The translations under genes were made by a program, and so were the position numbers. The notes under the pieces are model-generated. The model worked only from the letters and a program-made list of their open reading frames with translations. It made no database searches and was not told the origin of the DNA. A stretch of 64,000 nt of DNA from an uncultured Microthrixaceae bacterium (lineage in GTDB: Bacteria; Actinomycetota; Acidimicrobiia; Acidimicrobiales; VFJN01): the NCBI GenBank assembly GCA_963715505.1, contig OY970242.1, forward strand, positions 1,439,166 to 1,503,165, given 5' to 3'. Positions 18,139 through 28,756 of the stretch are shown here, in pieces (positions within the stretch are counted from its first letter, which is position 1; every line of letters starts with the position of its first letter).

Positions 18139-19580
18139 GCGTCGGTCCGGTTGTCGATCTGCGCCCGCTGCAGGCGCCCGGAGTAGTCGACGTAGACGGT
18201 CTTCACCTGGCTGAACTGCTCGATGCCCCTCGTGCCGGCCTCCCGGAAGCCGTTGCCGGTGTGCTTGGTGCCGCCGAACGGAAGGGGGATCTCCGCCCCG
18301 ATGGTGGGGGCGTTCACGTAGGCGATGCCGGTGTCGATGGCGTGCACCGCACGCAGCGCGGCGTTCAGGTCGCGGGTGTAGACGGCGGCGGACAGGCCGT
18401 ACTCCACGCCGTTGACGACCTCGACGGCCTCGTCGAGGTCGTCGACCTCGATGACCGACAGGACCGGCCCGAACACCTCCTCGCGCGCCACGCGGTGCTC
18501 CGGTCGCACCCCGGTGAGGATGGTCGGCTCGACGAAGGTGCCGCCCGGGCACCCCTCCACGTCGTCGCGCAGCGCCCCGCCGGTGAGCGCCTTGGCACCC
18601 TCGGCCACGGCCGCGTCGATGGCTGCCACGATGCGTCGGGCGGAGTCGGCCGTGATGATCGGGCCGACGTCGGTGGCCGGGTCGAGCGGGTCACCCAGGC
18701 GCAGGGCGCCAGCGCGCTGCGCCAGCCGCTCGACGACGGCGCCCGCGACGCCACGCTGGACCACGAGCCGTGACGTGGAGGTGCAGCGCTGGCCGGACGT
18801 CCCGAAGGCGCCGAAGAGGGCGCCGTCGACCACGAGGTCGAGGTCGGCGTCGTCGAGGACGACCATGGCGTTCTTGCCGCCGAGCTCGAGGCTCACGAGC
18901 TTCGGCCCGGCCTCCATGGCGGCCGCCGCGACCTTGCGCCCCGTCGGCACGGATCCGGTGAACGACAGCGCCCCCACGCCGGGGTGGGTCGAGAGCGCCG
19001 CGGCGGGCGCAACGCCGCCGTGCACGACCTGCACCAGCTCGGCAGGGACGCCGGCCTCGATGCACGCCTCGACGAAGGCCACGCCGCAGGCCGGGGCGAG
19101 CTCGGAGGGCTTCAGCACCACGCCGTTGCCGGCGAGCAGGGCCGGGAAGACCTTCCAGGAGGGGATCGCCATCGGGAAGTTCCACGGCGTGATCATCCCG
19201 ACGACGCCGACCGGGATGCGGGTCGTCCAGGCCAGCTTGTCGGCCAGCTCGGAGGGCACCACCTCGCCCCACGCCGACCGGCCCTGGCCGGCCACGAAGG
19301 CGGCCATGTCGATGGCCTCCTGGACCTCGCCGCCGCCTTCGATGCGGATCTTCCCCGCCTCGCGGCTGACGAGCTCGGCCAGCTCGGGCTTGCGGCGCGT
19401 GAGCACCTGGCCCGCCGCGGCGATCACCTCGGCGCGCTCGGGCACCGGTCGAGCGGACCAGGCCGCCTGCGCACGAGCGGCCGCCGCGACGGCCGCATCG
19501 ACGTCGGCTGCCCCGTGCTCGGGGAGCTCGACGACGGTCTCGGCCGGGCGAGCCGGGTTGGTGGATCGGAAGGTCGACAT
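18135..19580 (-). CDS. NAD(P)-dependent aldehyde dehydrogenase (succinate-semialdehyde type plausible)
   Basis: ATG at 19578-19580 with GGAGGAG about 7 nt upstream. Motifs ITPWNFP, ELGGKNA and GQRCTSTSR (catalytic Cys). 481 aa. Confidence 0.9.
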   Translation of the reverse strand: MSTFRSTNPARPAETVVELPEHGAADVDAAVAAAARAQAAWSARPVPERAEVIAAAGQVLTRRKPELAELVSREAGKIRIEGGGEVQEAIDMAAFVAGQGRSAWGEVVPSELADKLAWTTRIPVGVVGMITPWNFPMAIPSWKVFPALLAGNGVVLKPSELAPACGVAFVEACIEAGVPAELVQVVHGGVAPAAALSTHPGVGALSFTGSVPTGRKVAAAAMEAGPKLVSLELGGKNAMVVLDDADLDLVVDGALFGAFGTSGQRCTSTSRLVVQRGVAGAVVERLAQRAGALRLGDPLDPATDVGPIITADSARRIVAAIDAAVAEGAKALTGGALRDDVEGCPGGTFVEPTILTGVRPEHRVAREEVFGPVLSVIEVDDLDEAVEVVNGVEYGLSAAVYTRDLNAALRAVHAIDTGIAYVNAPTIGAEIPLPFGGTKHTGNGFREAGTRGIEQFSQVKTVYVDYSGRLQRAQIDNRTDA

Positions 19581-19613
19581 GACGCTCCTCCGTCGCCGCG
19601 GGCGACCGAATGC

Positions 19614-19651
19614 CTGTTGCACGTAGTCGGCTCAGCGTAGCATCTGTTGCA
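19614..19651. promoter_or_regulatory. two direct CTGTTGCAYGT repeats 30 bp apart in the divergent RpiR / dehydrogenase intergenic region (candidate operator)
   Basis: CTGTTGCACGT starts at 19614 and CTGTTGCATGT starts at 19644. The second overlaps the RpiR ATG (19651). The whole intergenic region is only 70 bp. Confidence 0.4.
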
Positions 19652-20496
19652 TGTCGGACCTGGCACGTCGCATCGAGGAGCAGGCGCCGAACCTCCCCCC
19701 GGCGGAGCGGCGGGTCGCGGAGATCGTGCTCGCCGATCCCAGCTCGGCCGCGTTCTCGACCGTGGCGGCGCTCGGCGCGCGCGCCGGCACCAGCGGCGCC
19801 ACCGTGGTCCGCCTCGCAGAGCGGCTGGGCTATGACGGCTGGGTCGACCTGCAGGCCCGCGCCCGCCAGGTGCTCGACCAGCAGCTGCGCCCCGCGACCG
19901 AGCGCATCCGCGCGCTGGGCAGCGCCGACCTGCTGGCGGCGACGGCCCAGCGCGAGGCCGACAACGTCGTCCGCACGCTGGGCGACATCGATCGTGGGGA
20001 CTTCGACCGCGCCGTCGCCCTCCTCGCCGACCGGCGCCGTCGGGTGCACGTCCTGGCGGGGACCGCGGAGGCGGGCATCGGCTCGCTGGTCGCCGACGCG
20101 CTCGACCTGCTGCGCCCCGGCGTGGCGCTGGCGCACGGCACACCGGTCGCGGTCGCCCGGCAGCTGGCACACGTCGACCGCGCCGACGTGGTCCTCGCCA
20201 TCGACCTGCGCCGCTACGAGCGCTGGGTCCTCGATGCCACCGCGCTGGCCACGGAGCGCGGCGCAACGCTGCTCGCCGTCACCGACTCGCGGATCTCACC
20301 GCTGGCGCAGCTCGCCAGCGCGACCTTCGTGGTCGCCGCCGAGGGCGCAGGCCCCTTCGACAGCCACGTCGGCACCCTCGCCCTCGCCAACGCGCTCGCC
20401 TCGGGCGTCGCCCGGTCGCTCCGCCGCCCCGCTGCCGCCCGGCTCGACCGCGTCGAGCAGGCCTGGCAGCACACCGCCGCCCTCTCCACCGACTAG
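19651..20496 (+). CDS. MurR/RpiR-family transcriptional regulator (HTH_6 + SIS)
   Basis: 281-aa ORF with an ATG start. N-terminal HTH AERRVAEIVLADP...STVAALGARAGTSGATVVRLAERLGY, followed by a SIS-like domain. Divergent from the dehydrogenase/aminotransferase operon. Confidence 0.85.
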   Translation: MSDLARRIEEQAPNLPPAERRVAEIVLADPSSAAFSTVAALGARAGTSGATVVRLAERLGYDGWVDLQARARQVLDQQLRPATERIRALGSADLLAATAQREADNVVRTLGDIDRGDFDRAVALLADRRRRVHVLAGTAEAGIGSLVADALDLLRPGVALAHGTPVAVARQLAHVDRADVVLAIDLRRYERWVLDATALATERGATLLAVTDSRISPLAQLASATFVVAAEGAGPFDSHVGTLALANALASGVARSLRRPAAARLDRVEQAWQHTAALSTD

Positions 20497-20537
20497 CCCG
20501 AACCCGGCGAGGCAATGCGACCCGTTGCAGCGGAGCC

Positions 20538-20573
20538 GAGGCAATGGCCCCCGCATGCGGGGGCCATTGCCTC
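20538..20573. terminator. 36-nt perfect palindrome GAGGCAATGGCCCCCGCA|TGCGGGGGCCATTGCCTC, probable bidirectional terminator
   Basis: The two 18-nt halves are exact reverse complements. It lies between the convergent RpiR (stop 20496) and enoyl-CoA hydratase (stop 20613) genes. Confidence 0.6.
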
Positions 20574-20612
20574 AGGCGGTGCGATCCGGGCCCTCCTGCC
20601 TCGGGCTTAGCT

Positions 20613-21422
20613 CTAGGTGAAGCGGGGGGCGCGCTTCTCGAAGTAGGCCGTGGTGGCCTCGACCTGGTTGGGGCTGCCGATCAGCGATGCGATCGTGGTG
20701 CGCTCGTCGAGGAGCTGCTCGGCGAGCGGGCGCGTGCCCGACAGGTTCAGCAGGCGCTTGCCGTGACGAAGCGCATCGGGGCTCTTCGTCGCCAGCTCCG
20801 CCGCCAGCTCGAGCGCCGCGGCCCGCGGGTCCTCGGCGAGCCGGGTGGCGAGCCCGAGGCGCGCCGCCTCCTCGCCGTCCACCATCCGGCCGCTGAAGAC
20901 CAGGTCCTTGGCGACGTCGAGGCCGACGAGCCGGGGCAGCATCACGGTGCCGGTCATGTCCGGGATGAGGCCCCAGCGCACCTCGAGGACCGACAGCTTG
21001 GCGTCGGGCGCCACCACGCGCAGGTCGGCCCCGAGGGCGATCTGCAGCCCACCGCCCAGCACGGCACCGTGCAGCGCCGCGATCACCGGTACGTCCAGCT
21101 CCTGCCACACCCAGGCGGCCTGCTGCGCGAGGTGGGTGATGCGACCGTCGGTGCTCATCAGCGAGCGCGTGCCGCCGCCCGCCCCTGCAGCGGGCTCGTC
21201 GCCCGCCATGGCCTGGAAGCTGGCCAGGTCGAGCCCGGCGCAGAAGGCGCGCCCCTCCCCGGAGAGCACCACCGCACGGATCGACGGATCGGTCTTGAGG
21301 CCCTCGCCCGCCTCGACGATGGCCGAGAACATGGCGGGATCGAGGGCGTTGAGCTTGTCGGGGCGGTTCAGGCGGATGTCGGCGATGCCGACATCCACCG
21401 AGATGGACACTCGGTCGGACAT
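20613..21422 (-). CDS. enoyl-CoA hydratase/isomerase (crotonase) family protein
   Basis: ATG at 21420-21422 inside ORF 20613..21656. Motifs LNRPDKLNAL, FCAGLDL and AALHGAVLGGGLQIALGADLRV. Confidence 0.9.
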   Translation of the reverse strand: MSDRVSISVDVGIADIRLNRPDKLNALDPAMFSAIVEAGEGLKTDPSIRAVVLSGEGRAFCAGLDLASFQAMAGDEPAAGAGGGTRSLMSTDGRITHLAQQAAWVWQELDVPVIAALHGAVLGGGLQIALGADLRVVAPDAKLSVLEVRWGLIPDMTGTVMLPRLVGLDVAKDLVFSGRMVDGEEAARLGLATRLAEDPRAAALELAAELATKSPDALRHGKRLLNLSGTRPLAEQLLDERTTIASLIGSPNQVEATTAYFEKRAPRFT

Positions 21423-21528
21423 GGGGCCAGCATGCCAAAGGCTTTCCTGGCGCGCCCACGGGAGGCACACTTGTCCTCCGCATCGGTCGGGCCATGCTGG
21501 CGGGCCGGCCGCACGTGCGACGCAGCCC

Positions 21529-22845
21529 ATGCGACCCCCGACCCTCACCTCCGTGCTCCGACGCGCTGGCGCGCCAGCGGCCCTCGTCGCCGCGCTCGTC
21601 GCCGCCACGTCGAGCGTGCCGGCGGTGGCCGAGGTCGGGCGCACGGCCGCCGCCACCGAGCGAGCCGCGCCGCCCGCGGCGCCGCTCGCGCCGGCGTCCC
21701 CCGACCTGCCCGGCCTGCCTCCGATGTCGGCCGACCTGGCCGCGGTCCCGGTCGACAGCGCCTCGTTCCGCGTCGCAGCAGGCGCCTACGGCGAGGCGGC
21801 TGAGCGCCACGCGGCGCGCCAGGCACAGCGCGTCTCGATCGACCGCGCCAGCACCGACCTCGCTGCCCGGGCGGGCGTCCTGCAGATGGCGGTGGCCGCC
21901 ACCGAGGCGCGCCTTGCGGCGCTCACCAGCCGGCTCGACGAGGTCGAGCGCGCCGTGGCCGACCTGTCGGTGCAGCTCTACGTGTCCGGTGGCTCCTCGG
22001 CGCGCATCGACGCTGCGCTGACCGACGAGCAGCCGTCGATCAACGACGACGACCGCCGTGCCGTGCTCGCTGACGCCTCCCTCGACGTGCTCCTGGCGGA
22101 GCGAGCGGCCTACCGGTCCCGGGTCGACGAGGCGGCCCGGCGCCTCGAGGCGGCGGCCACCGAGCTCGACGACGTCACCACGCAGCGGCGCGCGGCCAGC
22201 GACGGCCGTGGCGCGGCGGTCCACGAGGAGGCACAGGCGGGCGCCGACGTGGCCGAGGTGCGCGTCGCCTACGAGCACGCCCGCGTCCTCGCCGTCGTCG
22301 ACGGCGTCGAGTTCCCGCTCGTGGCCCTCGACGCCTACCACCGTGCCGCGCGCACCATCGCCGGCGAGGACCCCGCCTGCGGGGTGCGGTGGTGGGCCCT
22401 GGCGGGGATCTCCCAGGTCGAGGGCCGCCACGGGACCTACGGGGGCTCGGCCCTCGACGCCAACGGCGACACGACGAGGCGCATCATCGGCATCCAGCTC
22501 AACGGCACCCGCGACACCGCCGTCATCGCCGACACCGACGGCGGCACGCTCGACGGCGATCCCGACTTCGACCGGGCGGTCGGGCCGATGCAGTTCATCC
22601 CGCAGACCTGGGCGCGCTTCGCCTCCGACGGCAACGAGGACGGCCTGACGACGCCGTTCAACCTCTACGACGCAACCCTGGCCGCGGCTCGGTACCTGTG
22701 CCGCTCGAGCGGCGGCCTCGACGCCGACCCGGGCCTGCGCAGCGCGTACTTCTCCTACAACCACTCCCAGGCCTACGTGGAGCAGGTGCTCGCCCACGCG
22801 CGCCGCTACGAGCAGGCGGTCGAGGTCCCCGCGCAGCAGGGCTGA
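21529..22845 (+). CDS. secreted lytic murein transglycosylase (SLT_2/MltB-like) with N-terminal coiled-coil region
   Basis: ATG at 21529 inside ORF 20845..22845. Signal-like MRPPTLTSVLRRAGAPAALVAALVAA, and C-terminal GPMQFIPQTWARFASDGNEDG...YDATLAAARYL. Confidence 0.85.
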   Translation: MRPPTLTSVLRRAGAPAALVAALVAATSSVPAVAEVGRTAAATERAAPPAAPLAPASPDLPGLPPMSADLAAVPVDSASFRVAAGAYGEAAERHAARQAQRVSIDRASTDLAARAGVLQMAVAATEARLAALTSRLDEVERAVADLSVQLYVSGGSSARIDAALTDEQPSINDDDRRAVLADASLDVLLAERAAYRSRVDEAARRLEAAATELDDVTTQRRAASDGRGAAVHEEAQAGADVAEVRVAYEHARVLAVVDGVEFPLVALDAYHRAARTIAGEDPACGVRWWALAGISQVEGRHGTYGGSALDANGDTTRRIIGIQLNGTRDTAVIADTDGGTLDGDPDFDRAVGPMQFIPQTWARFASDGNEDGLTTPFNLYDATLAAARYLCRSSGGLDADPGLRSAYFSYNHSQAYVEQVLAHARRYEQAVEVPAQQG

Positions 22846-22931
22846 CTGACCCGCAGACGCCGCTGGTCAACCGGTTCGCGGCTCTTCGCCCCATCCCGCT
22901 GACCCGCGGGTCAAGAATCTCCGGGGTGTTG

Positions 22932-22961
22932 TTGACAACCTGACAACAAGGCTCGTACGGT
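22932..22961 (+). promoter_or_regulatory. candidate promoter with operator-like repeats upstream of the peptide ABC operon
   Basis: TTGACA at 22932-22937, and TACGGT (TAnnnT) 18 nt downstream at 22956-22961. Tandem TGACAAC heptads (22933-22939, 22941-22947) are flanked by GTTGT/ACAAC inverted arms. Confidence 0.4.
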
Positions 22962-22965
22962 CCGG

Positions 22966-22995
22966 CCGTCCGGTGTGACTGGCGTCACCGGACGG
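22966..22995 (+). promoter_or_regulatory. 10-bp perfect stem-loop in the 5' leader of the ABC operon
   Basis: CCGTCCGGTG (22966-22975), a 10-nt loop, then CACCGGACGG (22986-22995). No U-tract follows. It lies downstream of the candidate promoter and 52 nt before the TTG start. Confidence 0.45.
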
Positions 22996-23047
22996 GGTCT
23001 CGTGTCGAGCCCCATCACCGCAAACCCACGCCTCAACGGGGGAGATC

Positions 23048-24679
23048 TTGCACGACCGAACCGCGAAGACCCGCTGGCTGCGCCTGCTGGCGCTGATGCT
23101 CAGCCTGACGTTCGTGGCGGCCGCCTGCGGCAGCGACGGCGACGGCGACGGCAACCAGGCCGGCAGCGACGGTGACACCACCGAGAGCACCGAACAACCC
23201 GAAGGCACGCCCGTCAAGGGCGGCGAGCTCGTCTTCGGCACGGAGTCCGACGTCGCCACGCTCGATGCCGGCGCCGCCGCCCAGCCGGCCGACAAGGTCA
23301 TCACCCTCGGCATCTACGACCCGCTCATGACCTACGAGGACGGCGAGCTCGTCCCGCACCTGGCGGAGTCGATCGAGGTCAGCGAGGACCTCGCCACCTA
23401 CGACATGACGCTGCGGTCCGGCGTCACCTTCCACGACGGCACCCCGCTCAACGCCGACGCCGTCGTGCAGCACTTCAACCGGATGAAGGACCCCGCCACG
23501 GGGTGCCAGTGCCGCGACACCGCGCTCTTCGTGGAGAGCATCGACACCCCCGACGGCCCCGAGGGGCTCACGCTGACGTTCCACCTCACCGAGGGCAACG
23601 TCGCGTTCCCGAACGACATCGCCGGGTCGCTGGGCTACATCCCCTCCCCCACGGCCGTCGCCGCCCTGGGCGCGGACTTCAAGAACCGCCCCGTCGGCAC
23701 GGGCCCGTTCCAGCTCACGGAGTACACCCCCGGCGAGCGTGTCGTGCTCGAGGCGTACCCGGACTACTGGAAGAGCGACGAGAACGGCATCCAGCTGCCG
23801 TACCTCGACAAGCTCACCGTCGTGCCGATCCCCGACGGCGGCCAGCGCCTCGCGGCCCTGCAGGCGGGCGACATCGACATCTTCCAGACCGCCGTGTCGA
23901 ACGACGTGGTCCTGGCCGAGGAGGCGGGGTTCGCGGCGCAGAAGATCAGCGGCTCGAGCTCGACCATCGTCATCTTCAACCACTCCAAGCCGCCGTTCGA
24001 CGACGTGCGCGCCCGCCAGGCGGTCGCCTACGCCCTCAACAAGGACGTGCTCAACGAGCGGGTCTACGACGGCGTCCGCCAGCCGAGCTACTCGGGCTTC
24101 GCGACCGACTCGCCCTACTACAACCCCGATGCCGGCACCCCGCAGTACGACCCCGAGCAGGCCGCGGAGCTGGTCGAGGAGCTGGGCGGGCTCGACTTCA
24201 CGATCGTCTGCATCCCGACGCCGGAGGCCGACGCCCTCCTGCAGCTCACCAAGCAGATGGGCGAGCAGGCCGGCATGAACATCACGCTCGAGAGCCAGGA
24301 GCAGGGCGCCTTCGTCAACCGCATCTTCTCCAAGGGCGGCGACTTCGAGGCGGCGTGCTTCCGGAGCTCGCACTTCATCGAGCCCGATGCGCTGGCGCCC
24401 GGTCACACGACCGGCGACGCCGGCAACCTCGCCTTCTACAGCAACCCGGACGTCGACCGCCTCTTCGAGGAGGGCCGTTCCACGGCCGACGTCGAGGAGC
24501 GCAAGGAGATCTACTTCGAGATCCAGGAGATCACCGGAGAAGATGTGCCCTACCTGACGACGCTCTACGACCTGTTCGGCAACGTCTACGACGACAGCCG
24601 CGTGGGTCCGCCGCCGCCAGGCGAGGCCAACTCCCTCGGCGCCATCAAGCCGGGCTACCTGTACACCGCGGGCGGCTGA
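23048..24679 (+). CDS. ABC transporter substrate-binding lipoprotein, family 5 (peptide/nickel)
   Basis: TTG at 23048 with GGGGGAGA upstream. Lipobox LTFVAAAC followed by a GSDGDGDG linker. 543 aa with typical family-5 length and composition. Confidence 0.9.
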   Translation: MHDRTAKTRWLRLLALMLSLTFVAAACGSDGDGDGNQAGSDGDTTESTEQPEGTPVKGGELVFGTESDVATLDAGAAAQPADKVITLGIYDPLMTYEDGELVPHLAESIEVSEDLATYDMTLRSGVTFHDGTPLNADAVVQHFNRMKDPATGCQCRDTALFVESIDTPDGPEGLTLTFHLTEGNVAFPNDIAGSLGYIPSPTAVAALGADFKNRPVGTGPFQLTEYTPGERVVLEAYPDYWKSDENGIQLPYLDKLTVVPIPDGGQRLAALQAGDIDIFQTAVSNDVVLAEEAGFAAQKISGSSSTIVIFNHSKPPFDDVRARQAVAYALNKDVLNERVYDGVRQPSYSGFATDSPYYNPDAGTPQYDPEQAAELVEELGGLDFTIVCIPTPEADALLQLTKQMGEQAGMNITLESQEQGAFVNRIFSKGGDFEAACFRSSHFIEPDALAPGHTTGDAGNLAFYSNPDVDRLFEEGRSTADVEERKEIYFEIQEITGEDVPYLTTLYDLFGNVYDDSRVGPPPPGEANSLGAIKPGYLYTAGG

Positions 24680-24729
24680 CGGCGCTGCCGTCGCCCTGAC
24701 ACGAGGCCCGAGGGCCGGGGATCATCGAC

Positions 24730-25702
24730 ATGCGGATCGTTCGAACGGTGCTGCAGCGGCTCGTCAAGCTGCTCGTGGTGGTGCTGATCGTGAGCTTCCT
24801 CACGTTCAGCCTGACCAAGCTCCTGCCGGGCAACCCCGTCAACGTGATCCTCGGCCCTCAGGCGTCGAACCCCGAGGCGGTCGCCGCGGTCGAGGAGTCG
24901 CTCGGCCTCGACCGCCCCTTCCTCGAGCAGTACGTGAAGTACATCGGCGGGGTGGTCACCGACTTCGACCTCGGCCGAGCGTACTCCAGCAACTTCGAGG
25001 TGAAGGACCTCCTCGCCAACCGGCTCCCGGCCACGATCGAGCTGATGCTCGTCGCCCAGGTGCTCGCCCTCCTGATCTCGGTGCCGCTCGCCATCTACAG
25101 CGCCTACCGCGCCAACTCGCCGCGCCGACCGGGCCATCACCGCCGGCGCATTCGGCCTCATCTCGCTGCCGAGCTTCGCCATGGCCGTGTTCCTCGTCTA
25201 CCTCTTCTCCGTGCAGCTCGGGTGGTTCCCGGCGGTCGGCTACGACCGGCTCACCGGACCCGACGGTCTCGGGGCCCACATCAAGTCGATCGTGCTCCCG
25301 GTGTCGGTGCTCGTGGCCGGGCTCACCGCCGTGTACACCCGCCTGCTGCGCAGCGACATGATCGCCACCCTCCAGGAGGACTTCATCCTCATGGCCCGAT
25401 CGAAGGGGCTCCCGACGTGGCACGTCCTCGTGCGCCACGCCCTGCGGCCCTCGTCGTTCTCGCTCCTCACCGTGTTCGGCATCAACTTCGGCACCCTCAT
25501 CGGGGGTTCGGTCATCCTCGAGTACTTCTTCTCGATCCCCGGGATCGGCTACCTCGCCGTGGAGTCGATCGCCAAGCGCGACTACCTCGCCGTGCAGGGC
25601 GTCGTGCTCGTCATCGCCACGGCGTTCGTCGTCGTCAACTTCGTCGTCGACCTCCTCTACGCCGTGCTCGACCCGCGGGTCCGCCGGGCAGGTGCCCAGT
25701 GA
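24730..25702 (+). pseudogene. ABC permease (DppB/OppB-like), one frameshift near 25121
   Basis: ATG at 24730, MRIVRTVLQRLVKLLVV...SAYRANS. The reading continues in the ORF 25181..25702 frame as DRAITAGAFGLISLPSFAMAVF...MARSKGLPTWHVLVRHALRPS.... Confidence 0.85.
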
Positions 25703-26552
25703 TCGAGGAACCCACCCCCGCACGCCGCCGCCTCCCCGCCCTCGGGTTCGGCGGCTGGTTCTGCGCGGCATGGCTCCTCGTCGTCACGACCGGTGCGCTG
25801 CTCGCACCCTGGCTGCCCCTCGACGATCCGCGCATCACCGACTTCTTCGTCGACAACAACGCATCCCCCGGCACCGGTGGTCACCTGCTGGGCACCGATC
25901 AGAATGGCTTCGACATCCTCTCCCGCCTCGTGTGGGGCGGGCGCGTCTCGCTCATCGTGGCGGTCGGCGTGCTGCTCATCGGCATGATCGTGGGGGGCCT
26001 CATCGGCCTGCTCGCCGGCTTCTTCCGCGGCCGGGTGGAGACGATCCTCATGTCGATGGTCGACATCTTCCTCGCCTTCCCCGCCCTGATCCTGCTCATC
26101 GCCATCGTCGCCTTCCTCGGCGCCGACCTGAAGAACGTCGTGCTGGGCATCTCGCTCGTGTCGATCCCGGCGTTCGCCCGCATCGCGCGGGCCACGACGC
26201 TGACCTTCTCCCAGCGCGAGTTCGTCCTCGCGGCGCGTGCGGCGGGGGCGAGCAGCTCTCGCATCCTCGTGCGGGAGATCCTGCCGAACGTGTTCCTCCC
26301 GCTGCTGGCCTTCGGGCTGCTGGTGGTCGCGATCGCCATCGTGGCCGAGGGCAGCCTGGCCTTCCTCGGGCTCACGTCGCAGGAGACCATCAGCTGGGGC
26401 GGGATGATCAACGGGGGCCGAGGAGCGCTCCAGCAGGAGAACATCGCCCACACGGCCATGATCCCGGCGTTCGTCATGTTCCTGACGGTGCTGTCGGTGA
26501 ACTTCCTGGGCGACCGGTTCCGGGCCGCCTTCGACGTCAAGGACGCCAACCT

Positions 26553-26556
<4 letters not shown>
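25699..26556 (+). CDS. ABC permease (DppC/OppC-like)
   Basis: Its GTG at 25699 overlaps the upstream TGA (GTGA). Motifs GTDQNGFDILSRLVWG and AARAAGASSSRILVREILPNV. Confidence 0.85.
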
Positions 26557-27710
<1,154 letters not shown>

Positions 27711-27711
<1 letters not shown>

Positions 27712-28754
27712 TGGCCGGCACCGGCACCGCCCACCTGCGCGACAGCGACGACGTGCTGCTGCGCATCGAGGACCTCACCGTCGAGTTCCCGACCGCCGGT
27801 GGCGTGGTGCACGCGGTCTCCGGCATCAGCCTCGACGTCCGGCGGGGCGAGACCCTCGGCCTCGTCGGGGAGTCCGGCTGCGGCAAGTCGACGACCGGCC
27901 GGGCGATCATGCAGCTCCCGCCGCCGACCAGCGGCCGGGTGATCTTCGAGGGAGCGGACCTCACGACGCTCAAGGGCCAGCAGCTCCGCGAGGTCCGCAC
28001 GCAGCTCCAGTTCATCTTCCAGGACCCGATCTCGTCGCTGAACCCGCGCCGCAAGGTCAAGGACATCGTCGCGGAGCCCCTGCGCATCTGGCGGCGCGGC
28101 ACCGACGAGGACCGCCGCGCCCGGGTGTCGGAGGTGCTCGACGCCGTGGGCCTCGACCCCTCGGTGGCCGCCGACAAGCGGCCGCACCAGTTCTCGGGCG
28201 GGCAGTGCCAGCGGATCTCCATCGCCCGCTCCCTCGTGCTCGACCCGGAGCTGGTCATCTGCGACGAGCCGGTGTCGGCGCTCGACGTGTCGGTCCAGGC
28301 GCAGATCCTCAACCTGCTGGAGGACATGAAGGCCCGCTACGGGCTCACGCTGATCTTCATCGCCCACGACCTCGCCGTCGTGAAGAACGTCAGCGACCGC
28401 GTCGCGGTCATGTACCTCGGCAAGATCTGCGAGGTCGGCGCCCCCGACGACCTCTACGCCACGCCGGCCCACCCCTACACCGCCGCGCTGCTGCGCTCCA
28501 TCCCGGTGGCCGACCCGACCGTTCCCCCGGTGAAGTCGGGGCTGCTCACCGGCGACCTGCCCTCGCCGATCGACCCGCCGTCGGGCTGCTACTTCCGCAC
28601 CCGCTGCCCACGGGCCCAGGACCGCTGCGCGGCCGAGGAGCCCGTCATGCGACCGATCGGGGACGGTCACTTCGTCGCCTGCCACTTCCCCGTCACCGGT
28701 GCCGACGCGCCCCCGTCGGACACCCCCGTCGCCGTCGCCTCGACCGTCACCTGA
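27711..28754 (+). CDS. ABC ATPase (DppF/OppF-like)
   Basis: Its ATG at 27711 shares one nt with the upstream stop. Motifs GESGCGKS, FSGGQCQR, LVICDEPVSALD and C-terminal PPSGCYFRTRCP. Confidence 0.9.
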
Positions 28755-28756
28755 TC

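Noticed and set aside
21423-21528. Possible cyclic-di-AMP (ydaO-type) riboswitch upstream of the cell-wall lytic transglycosylase
   Set aside because: The intergenic region is only 106 nt, and I could not find the conserved pseudo-twofold ACGGGG / CCGA-type elements. There is no support from sequence.
20544-21803. 419-aa plus-strand ORF starting inside the palindrome, and the 741-aa minus ORF 20572..22797
   Set aside because: Both are antisense or off-frame to the enoyl-CoA hydratase and the lytic transglycosylase, with no motifs and shadow composition.
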